Part shown: positions 57,194 through 64,000 of the stretch, piece after piece
How the letters are laid out: every line of letters starts with the position of its first letter
Position numbering within the stretch: position 1 is the stretch's first letter
NCBI GenBank assembly: GCA_041484665.1
Contig: JBGPIA010000002.1
Coordinates: 224,001-288,000, forward strand
Reading direction: 5' to 3'
DNA length: 64,000 bases
Source: Candidatus Krumholzibacteriia bacterium
Lineage (GTDB): Bacteria; Krumholzibacteriota; Krumholzibacteriia; JAJRXK01
Notes under the pieces: generated by a model
Seen by the model: only the letters and a program-made list of their open reading frames with translations
What the model was told of the DNA's origin: nothing
Database searches by the model: none
Program-made: the position numbers and the translations under genes

Positions 57194-57622
57194 CCGGCCT
57201 GCAGCCCGGAGGTCCCTCTCGGAAGCACGTGCCCGCGCGCGCTTCACAGCGCCGTAGGTTGTGAAGGTCCCCCCAGAATCACTCGCCCCACCACACCGGG
57301 TAGGGCGGATCGTTAGCCAGCGTTGCTGTCGATCCTCCGCTGCGAGGCACGGTTCTGGAGCGCACAAGCGCGCCGGGAAGGGGCCGGCAAGATGCGGGAG
57401 CCGGCTTCCCGAAGGTTCGGCCCAGCTTCTTCAGTCCCAAGAGTCTAGCATCGTTGTGGCGCTGTGGACAAGTGCCGGCCGGGGAGGCCGGCCGGGGAGG
57501 CCGGGGAGGTGGGGTCTGGCCCTCGTCGCCGCAGAACAGCCGCTGCGTACGGTACTCCCGGCCGCGCTCCGCAGGTGCATCACAGCGCGCGAGGCGATCA
57601 CCGCCTGCGCCAGCGAGCTGGG

Positions 57623-58372
57623 TCAGCGAGCGGAGGACCCCGCCAGCAGCGCCAGGGCGATGCCCAGGCCGGCTCCCACTACCGTATTGAGGAAGTTCAT
57701 CGCCTCGTTTCCGATTCGCTGCCGCCTCCCCCAGACCGCTCCGACGTAGCTCTCAGCCAGCGCGCCGCCGAAGGCCGCGACCACCGGCACCCACAAGAGC
57801 GCCGCGGGCACCAAGCCCAGCACGCAGCCGAAGAACGCGAGCACCAACGATCCCAGCACCCCAGCCAGCGTCCCCTCCACCGAGACAGCACCCTCCGTCC
57901 CCGGAGGCACCGCACGCAGCGTCGTGGGCAGGATGGGATGCTTGCCGTAGAGCTGCCCGATCTCGCTGCCAAGCGTGTCGCTGGTGGCCGTGGCGAACGC
58001 GCTCACCAGCCCCACCGCCCACACCGGCGCGCTCGTGAATGGCAACAACGTCGCCAGCGCCATCCCGGTGGCGCAGTTGGCCGCGGCGTGGCGGCTCCCG
58101 CGACGGCCGCCCTCCTCCTGCGCGATCCCGGCGGCGGCTTTGCGGGAGTAGCCCAGCCGCGTCGCCCCCGTGCCGAGCAGGAAGAACGCGAGCAGCAGCG
58201 CCCACGACGCCAGACCACCGAACCACAGGATCCACGTGCCGACCACGACGCCCCCCGCGAAGCCGCTGCGGCTCACCGCGCCGCGGGCCAGGGCCACGCC
58301 CCCCAGCGCGAGGTTCGCCGCCACCGCCAGCAGCAGAACGGGAGCCGACAGATGCGGCCGGAGCCACTCCAC
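57623..58372 (-). CDS. DUF92 (TMEM19/VTE6-like) membrane protein
   Basis: FF..G...T..G...K, GG.RG....AN, A.A.SDT..SEIG, TTL..VPPGTEGAVS.EGT, ES..GA and NE..NF.NT. Confidence 0.92.
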   Translation of the reverse strand: MEWLRPHLSAPVLLLAVAANLALGGVALARGAVSRSGFAGGVVVGTWILWFGGLASWALLLAFFLLGTGATRLGYSRKAAAGIAQEEGGRRGSRHAAANCATGMALATLLPFTSAPVWAVGLVSAFATATSDTLGSEIGQLYGKHPILPTTLRAVPPGTEGAVSVEGTLAGVLGSLVLAFFGCVLGLVPAALLWVPVVAAFGGALAESYVGAVWGRRQRIGNEAMNFLNTVVGAGLGIALALLAGSSAR

Positions 58373-58375
58373 GCT

Positions 58376-59482
58376 TCAGCCTCCCACCGCACCGCGTGCC
58401 GCGTCGCCCGCCTCGCCCGCCGTCGCGGAACCCCGGCCGCCGGCGCCCTCCCGCGCCAGCCAGTCCAGGGTGAGTCGCAGCCCTTCGCGCAGGCCACGCC
58501 CCTGGTAACCCAGCTCGGCGCGCGCCCGCGCGTCGTCGCACGCCCAGTGGTGGGCATAGGTGCGCACCATGCCAGGCGTGAGCTGCGGCGGGACGTGCAG
58601 CAGCTCGGCGCGCAGTTGTTGCGCTGCGGCCAGGGCTGACAGCACCCACAACGGGATGCGCCGGCGCAGCCGCGGCCGGCCGGCCAGATCGCACGCCAGG
58701 TCGAGGAATCCGCGCAGCGTGGCGTTCTCGCCGCCCAGCAGGTAGGATGCGCCCCGCGCCCCGTGCGCCAGCGCCAGGCAGTGGCCGCGCGCGACGTCCT
58801 CTACGTATGCGTAGTTCCACACCTGCTCGCCGTTGCCGATCAACCCGGGCAGCCGCCCGCGTAACAGATCCTCGAGGATGCGGGCGACGTGGTTGCCCTC
58901 CGTGCGCTCCCCGGGACCGTAGATCACCGTCGGTAAACAGCTCACCACATCGAGCCCCTCTTCCGCGTGACGCCGCACCACGTCCGCCGCCCGGAGCTTC
59001 GTGCGGTCGTAGTCGTTGAACCACAGGCCGGGCGAGCGCGCCCCTTCGTCGTGGGGCAAGGGCCCCTGCGAGGGCCCCAGCACGAAGAAGCTCGACGTGT
59101 AGACCACGCGCGACACACCCGCCAGGCGGCATTCCCGCAGCAACACATCGAGGGCCTCGACGTTGACACGATCGAAGCGCGTGCGATCGCGCTCCCAGTT
59201 CTTCACGATGCCCGCGGTGTGCACGACGGCGCGCACCTGCGCCAGCACCGGGCGCCAGGTCGCCGGGTCGAGCAGGTCCCCCTCCTGCCAGCGCAGCGCG
59301 AGCGTGGGCAAGCCCTGGCGTCGGGCGCCACGGCGTGCCAGCAGCGTGACGCGGTAGCCCGCCTCTACCAGCTCGTGCGCCAGCGCCTTGCCCAGGTATC
59401 CCGTCCCGCCGGTGAGCAGCACCGGATCGCCCGGCGAGAGCATCGCCACGTCGCCGGAGGCCGGCTGCGCCGGGGTGCTCAT
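58376..59482 (-). CDS. Extended SDR (NAD-dependent epimerase/dehydratase), farnesol-dehydrogenase/HpnA-like
   Basis: TGGTGYLG, GDL.D, YTSSFF..G, Y..TK, IYGPG, GRLPG.IG.G, V.DVA.GH and YLLGGEN. Start ATG 59482 (ATGA overlap). Confidence 0.88.
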   Translation of the reverse strand: MSTPAQPASGDVAMLSPGDPVLLTGGTGYLGKALAHELVEAGYRVTLLARRGARRQGLPTLALRWQEGDLLDPATWRPVLAQVRAVVHTAGIVKNWERDRTRFDRVNVEALDVLLRECRLAGVSRVVYTSSFFVLGPSQGPLPHDEGARSPGLWFNDYDRTKLRAADVVRRHAEEGLDVVSCLPTVIYGPGERTEGNHVARILEDLLRGRLPGLIGNGEQVWNYAYVEDVARGHCLALAHGARGASYLLGGENATLRGFLDLACDLAGRPRLRRRIPLWVLSALAAAQQLRAELLHVPPQLTPGMVRTYAHHWACDDARARAELGYQGRGLREGLRLTLDWLAREGAGGRGSATAGEAGDAARGAVGG

Positions 59483-60177
59483 GCCCACAGGCGGCCGCGC
59501 AGTGCCGCCAGCGTCAGCGCAGTTGCGACGGGGACGAGCAGGTTGTCGACGCCGTAGAGCGAGACCGCTTCGGCGAGCGTCGCAACCAGCGCCGCCGCCG
59601 CGGCGGCCAGCAGCAGCCCGCCGCTCAGAGCGGATGACGCGAGCCCTCCCTCGGGGACGCGCCCCAAGAGCGCGAACGCCAGCAGGATCGACAGCCACCC
59701 CACTGCCGCCATGGCCACGCTGCCCTCCAGCGTCCGCGGGTGGCCGGCGACGCGGTACGTGCGCCGCCCGAATCGCCGCCCCACGAGCGACGCCGCCGCG
59801 TCACCGTAGGCCATCACCAGCACCCCGGCCGCGCCGACGGCGCGCCAGCCAGGCTCCCAGCAGGTGGCCAGCAGCAGCGCCACGCTCAACGGATAGAGCA
59901 CCGTACCGACGCTGTGCTCCTCCCCCTCCATGCTGGCGATCCAGCCGAAGCGGTGGCTGAGCGCGTTGACCGCTGTGAACCCCAGCGCCAACGCCGCGGG
60001 CCATCGCCACGTGCTGAAGAGCAGGTAGCTCGGCACGATCCAGCTGCCGATGCCCACGTGCACGATCTTGCGCGTCACCTGCCGCGCCAGGCCGCGGCGA
60101 CGGGCCAGCTCGGCCACCAGGATCACCGCTGCGACCCACGCGGCCGACAGCAACACGCCGCACAGGTCACGGCTCAC
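59479..60177 (-). CDS. CTP-dependent isoprenoid-alcohol kinase family protein (phytol/farnesol/dolichol kinase-like)
   Basis: RKIVH.G.G, MA.GD.AA..VG..FG, [KR]TLEGS.A and E......DNL.VP; multi-TM. Start GTG 60177. Confidence 0.88.
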   Translation of the reverse strand: MSRDLCGVLLSAAWVAAVILVAELARRRGLARQVTRKIVHVGIGSWIVPSYLLFSTWRWPAALALGFTAVNALSHRFGWIASMEGEEHSVGTVLYPLSVALLLATCWEPGWRAVGAAGVLVMAYGDAAASLVGRRFGRRTYRVAGHPRTLEGSVAMAAVGWLSILLAFALLGRVPEGGLASSALSGGLLLAAAAAALVATLAEAVSLYGVDNLLVPVATALTLAALRGRLWA

Positions 60178-60556
60178 GGAGTGCTCCCTCCAGCACGACC
60201 ACCGCGATCGCCTGGTCCCGCTCGTGGCTGATGGAGACGTGGACCGCGCCACCGCCCAGCGCCCCATGGACGCGTGCCGCGGCGCGGTGGAAGCGGATGG
60301 TCGGGCGCTGGGACTCGCCGCCCACCAACTCGACGTCGCGCCAGGCAATGCCCAGCGCGAGCCCGGTGCCCAGCGCCTTGAGCGCAGCTTCCTTGGCGGC
60401 GAATCGCCCGGCCAGGCACTCGTACATCCGCCGGCTGCGGCAGCGTTGGCGCTCCGCGTCGGTGAAGACGCGGGCGAGGAACCGCTCGCCGTAACGCGTG
60501 GCCAGCTCCTCGATGCGCCGCACGTCGCACAGGTCGACGCCGATCCCGACGATCAC
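60167..60556 (-). CDS. acpS: Holo-[acyl-carrier-protein] synthase
   Basis: IVGIGVD, RVFT..E, LAGRFAAKEA..KALGTG and HVSISH. Confidence 0.96.
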   Translation of the reverse strand: MIVGIGVDLCDVRRIEELATRYGERFLARVFTDAERQRCRSRRMYECLAGRFAAKEAALKALGTGLALGIAWRDVELVGGESQRPTIRFHRAAARVHGALGGGAVHVSISHERDQAIAVVVLEGALREP

Positions 60557-60638
60557 GGCGCGCCGCTCCGCCCGCTGGAAGCTTGGCCGCCGGCGATCCG
60601 GCCACGGTCCACCGGGATGCCCGCACTTGGCTCGCGCG

Positions 60639-61568
60639 CTAGAAGATGTAGGAGACGGCGAACCCGATCTGCAGCGCCATCATCATGAGGTACATGTGGG
60701 TCCACGACGGGTGGTTCTCCGTGGTCGCGAGCTCGTCGGGGCGCCTCACCAGCAGCCAGACGGTGTAGATCCCCCACGCCGCCAACAGCAGCCCGAGCAG
60801 GTCCAGCAGCCGGCCGTTGCCGGTCAGGATACCTGCGCGCACGCCGACGGGCAAAAGGACAAATGGAAGCACGAAGAACGGAGCGATCATCCACGCCGCG
60901 CGCTTCACGCCGAAACGCACCGGCAGCGTATAGCAGCCGTTGGCCTCGTCGCCCTTCATGTCGGCGAAGTCCTTGGTCGAGGCTGCCCCCAGCAGGAACA
61001 GGAAGAAAATCGAGCCGATGTACCACGGCTCGACCGCCAGGAAGCTCTTGACCGTGGTCCAGCCCGCCACCTTGAGCATGAGCCCGCGCGGAAGTGCGAT
61101 CGTGAGGTTGGCGCCCAGCGCGTCGCGCTTGGTCCGCAAGGGCGGCGCCGAGTAGGCCCAGGTCAGCACCGCGGCGGTCGCGGCCAGCGCGAAGCACTGC
61201 CAGTTCACCAGCGCGGCCAGCGCGAGCGCGATCGCGTAGAGAGCCGCCGTGACCGCCCGGGCCTGCGCGATGGACATGCGCCCCGAGGGGAGCGCGCGCT
61301 TGGGTTTGTTGATGGCGTCCACCGGCAGGTCGTAGATCTGATTGATGCCGTTGCTGGCCGCATTCAGGACGGCGGCCATCAGCGCCCCCACCAGCACGCG
61401 CAGCGCCATCTCCCAGCCGAACGTGCTGCGGGGGTGGGCGCCGAACGCGGTGATCCCGCCGCTGACCATCCCCAGTGCGGGCGGCCACAGCGTGAACGGC
61501 CGGGAGAACTCCACGTAGAGCCGCAGGCGCTGGAGCGCCCCGAGTACGGGCACGGCGGTGGTGGTCAT
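60639..61568 (-). CDS. UbiA-superfamily prenyltransferase (NQxxD type)
   Basis: SRP.T, NGINQIYD..VD.INKP.R.LPSG, YSAPPLR.K and KDFADMKGD...G..TLPV..G; about eight TM segments. Confidence 0.92.
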   Translation of the reverse strand: MTTTAVPVLGALQRLRLYVEFSRPFTLWPPALGMVSGGITAFGAHPRSTFGWEMALRVLVGALMAAVLNAASNGINQIYDLPVDAINKPKRALPSGRMSIAQARAVTAALYAIALALAALVNWQCFALAATAAVLTWAYSAPPLRTKRDALGANLTIALPRGLMLKVAGWTTVKSFLAVEPWYIGSIFFLFLLGAASTKDFADMKGDEANGCYTLPVRFGVKRAAWMIAPFFVLPFVLLPVGVRAGILTGNGRLLDLLGLLLAAWGIYTVWLLVRRPDELATTENHPSWTHMYLMMMALQIGFAVSYIF

Positions 61569-61634
61569 GTGGCGTCCTGGTGCGCTGGCGAGCGCGGCGG
61601 GCGGGGCCCTACCCCGCCAGCGGCGCTCCGCGCG

Positions 61635-62321
61635 TCAGTAGGCTCCCTTGCGCGCGATCACCGCAGGCACGGTACGCATGAGGATCCAGAAGTCCAGCTT
61701 CAAGCTGCGCCGGCGCACGTACTCGCCGTCCAGGCGCATCCACTCCCCGAAGTCCACGTCGTTGCGGCCGCTGATCTGCCACAGGCAGGTGATCCCGGGC
61801 TTCACCAGCAGCCGCACGCGGTCTTGTGCCGAGTAGCGCGCGACCTCGTCGGGCACCTGGGGACGGGGGCCAACCAGGGACATCTCGCCGCGCAGCACGT
61901 TGATGAGCTGAGGGAACTCGTCCAGCGAGCTGCGACGGACGAAGCGGCCCACGCGCGTGACGCGCGGGTCCTCGCGGATCTTGAAGGCGGCCCCATCGGC
62001 CTCGTTGAGGTGACTGAGGCTCGCGCGCAGCTGCTCGGCGTTGCGGATCATGGAGCGGATCTTGTAGCAGCGGAAGACGCGGCCGTAACGTCCTGCGCGC
62101 TCCTGGCCGAACAGGAAGGGCCCATCGCTCTCGAGCCTCACCAGCAGGAACAAGAACGGCACCAGCGGCAGGAACAGCAGCAGCGCAAAGGAGGCCGCGG
62201 CGGCGTCCACGACCCGCTTCACCGGCTCGTACAGAAAGTGGTTGCCGACGGGAACGGCGGGCTCCTCCACTGCGCTCCCCAGGTTCGTGGCCTGAGCGTG
62301 CCGCTGCGTCAAGATGGACAT
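61635..62321 (-). CDS. Priming phosphoglycosyl transferase (Bac_transf), copy 2
   Basis: [41 protein letters not shown] and KPGITCLWQISGR. Start ATG 62321 (GGAG RBS), or 62366. Confidence 0.95.
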   Translation of the reverse strand: MSILTQRHAQATNLGSAVEEPAVPVGNHFLYEPVKRVVDAAAASFALLLFLPLVPFLFLLVRLESDGPFLFGQERAGRYGRVFRCYKIRSMIRNAEQLRASLSHLNEADGAAFKIREDPRVTRVGRFVRRSSLDEFPQLINVLRGEMSLVGPRPQVPDEVARYSAQDRVRLLVKPGITCLWQISGRNDVDFGEWMRLDGEYVRRRSLKLDFWILMRTVPAVIARKGAY

Positions 62322-62368
62322 CGATGTGGGCTCCGCAGGTGCGCGCGCGGACGGGAGGGCTTGCATTC

Positions 62369-62397
62369 AGCGTACCATTGCGCCTGGCGGCGGTCAA
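62369..62397 (-). promoter_or_regulatory. Putative sigma70 promoter of the PGT-UbiA-acpS-kinase-SDR-DUF92 operon
   Basis: TTGACC-17 nt-TACGCT with an extended TG. Confidence 0.55.
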
Positions 62398-62467
62398 CGC
62401 GGCCCGGCCGGGCGGACCGGTGAGATTGTGCAGCTGGCGCAACCGGGTGGGCGGCCCCGCGCCTCCC

Positions 62468-64000
62468 TCACCCCTGCGGCCGGCGGTCGTAGAGCAGGAC
62501 CTCCACGCCGGGCAGTCGAAACACGCCTACCCGTGGGAAGCGGCGGTCCAGCGTGGCGCGCAGCTCCCCGTGCGGGTCGTCCACCCACGCGCGCGCCCGC
62601 ACGTACCACAGGTACCGTTTCTCAGCGGTGCGGTCCTCCACGACGTCGGCCACGCTGGGAGGGCTGGGCCAGCCGGCGGGCAGATAGACGCGTACCGGGC
62701 TGCTGCCGCGGTAGTAATAGAGAAAGACGTGCCCGATCGTGGGGGCGAGCACCAGGTCCTCCCGACCTTCGCGCGCCTCCACCAGCCGCGCGGCAGCGCG
62801 CACGTCCTCGCGCTGGTAGTCGGGGACGAAGTAGTAGCGCGCCAGCGCTACGCCGCTCACCGCCAGCCATCCCACCATCAGCAGCAGCGCGCTGCGGCGT
62901 GGCAGCCGCTGGAACCCCGCCCCCATCACCAACAGCAGCGTGGGCAACGCTGCGATGGTGTAGCGCGGGTTGAACGGCTTGATGTTGCGCAGCGCCAGCA
63001 GCAACGCGATCGCCACGGGCACGGCCGCCCACAAGAGCGGCTCGACGGCGCGCCGTCGCAGCGCGCTCAGCCCCGCGACCGCCAGCGTGGCGGCCAGAGC
63101 AGACACGGCAAGCACGAGCGGCAGGTGGCGGCGTGGTAGTGACAGGCCCGCGGCCGGATCGCGGCCGGCGGCCTCCTGCAGCTCGCGGGGCGACGGCCCC
63201 AGCGTCGTGCCCACAGCCAGCACGTACCCCGCGTAGGGGATCGCCCACGCCGTCATGGTCGTCTTGCCGCGCAGCGGCTCCCCCGTCTCCTGCCCCGGCA
63301 GCAGGCGCTTGCTCTCGTGGATGCGCAGGCTGGCGCTCCACCACGGCAGCGTGATGGCCAGGAGCAGCGTGAACGCCAGGGTCCAGCGGACCGCATCGCG
63401 CCGACGGATGCGCCCGGCCGCGAGCAGCCCCAGGGCGAATCCGCCCATCCAGAACAGCCCCTGCAGGTTGCAGAGCGCCGCCGCGCTGCCCAGGAGCGCG
63501 AAGGCCACGGCGCGGCCGCGCGCCAGGCGCTCGCCCGCCGACAGAGCCACCACGATGGCGGCAAGCCCGAAGAACAGCAGGTAGGCGTAGCCGCGAACCT
63601 CCTGCGCGTGCCAGATGTGGAAGGGGTGGATGGCTAGCAGCAGCGCCGCGAACAGGCCGGTGCGCGCGCCGTGCAGCCGGCGGCCGACCTCGTACAGCAG
63701 GGGCACTGAGAAGGCCCCCAGCACCGCGCCGGGCAGGCGCAGCCAGGCCTCCGCCGGCGAGCTGCGCCGCAGCCACGCCACCAGCACCATGGGCAGCGGA
63801 CTCTGTACGTCATCGAGGAACTGCTCCCACAGCGAGTGCCCCGGCTGATTGCCCTGGTTGATCGTGAGCAGCTCGTCGACCCACAGGCTCTGCGCACCGA
63901 TCCGGTACAGGCGCAGGATCAGCGCCAGCAGCGTCAGCAACATGACCGCCAGCGCCACGGACTCGCGGGGCAGCGCGCGGCGGGCTGATTCGAACCGGTC
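62468..64000 (-). CDS. GT-C glycosyltransferase (GT39/GT83, PMT/ArnT-like); the frame is open to the window edge, so the start may lie outside
   Basis: LRL......SLW.DE, PL, RLP....G, P.H...AQE.R.YA and PRY; multi-TM. Confidence 0.88.
   Translation of the reverse strand, partial: DRFESARRALPRESVALAVMLLTLLALILRLYRIGAQSLWVDELLTINQGNQPGHSLWEQFLDDVQSPLPMVLVAWLRRSSPAEAWLRLPGAVLGAFSVPLLYEVGRRLHGARTGLFAALLLAIHPFHIWHAQEVRGYAYLLFFGLAAIVVALSAGERLARGRAVAFALLGSAAALCNLQGLFWMGGFALGLLAAGRIRRRDAVRWTLAFTLLLAITLPWWSASLRIHESKRLLPGQETGEPLRGKTTMTAWAIPYAGYVLAVGTTLGPSPRELQEAAGRDPAAGLSLPRRHLPLVLAVSALAATLAVAGLSALRRRAVEPLLWAAVPVAIALLLALRNIKPFNPRYTIAALPTLLLVMGAGFQRLPRRSALLLMVGWLAVSGVALARYYFVPDYQREDVRAAARLVEAREGREDLVLAPTIGHVFLYYYRGSSPVRVYLPAGWPSPPSVADVVEDRTAEKRYLWYVRARAWVDDPHGELRATLDRRFPRVGVFRLPGVEVLLYDRRPQG

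Noticed and set aside
58376..59482. Hopanoid biosynthesis cluster (HpnA)
   Set aside because: No squalene synthase, squalene-hopene cyclase or other hpn gene nearby.
60639..61568. Archaeal-type ether-lipid pathway (DGGGP synthase) or chlorophyll synthase
   Set aside because: The first motif is NQxxD rather than NDxxD, and no GGGP synthase or photosynthesis gene is in the window. It cannot be excluded genome-wide.

Overview
High-GC bacterial chromosomal segment from a diderm organism (it encodes a Wza lipoprotein and SPOR proteins); I cannot establish the taxon. The window starts in the 5' end of dnaK and contains a tRNA-Gly/Cys/Leu operon. Almost everything else is one ~60 kb, mostly minus-strand, surface-glycan locus. 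Glycan assembly and export genes: about ten GT4s, one GT2, two priming phosphoglycosyl transferases, two Wzx flippases, one Wzy/O-antigen-ligase-like protein, and a Wza-Wzz-ExeA-type ATPase-BY-kinase block behind a sigma54-type promoter. Tailoring genes: DegT aminotransferase, Gfo/Idh/MocA oxidoreductase, RmlD, two AsnB amidotransferases, a radical SAM/SPASM enzyme, a stand-alone adenylation domain with ACP and LbH acyltransferase, an MBOAT with four SGNH proteins, three alkaline-phosphatase-superfamily proteins, a dTMP-kinase-like protein, a Pol-beta-type nucleotidyltransferase and three GT-C-like membrane proteins. The best candidate for an undescribed system is a tightly coupled isoprenoid module at 57.6-61.6 kb: an NQxxD-type UbiA prenyltransferase, AcpS, a phytol/farnesol-kinase-like protein, a farnesol-dehydrogenase-like SDR and DUF92 (VTE6-like). 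A GGPP-synthase-like gene lies at the other end of the locus. Together these resemble the plant prenol-recycling set, but embedded in a bacterial glycan locus. All functional calls come from motif recognition by eye; no searches were run. Many start codons were re-assigned from the ORF track.
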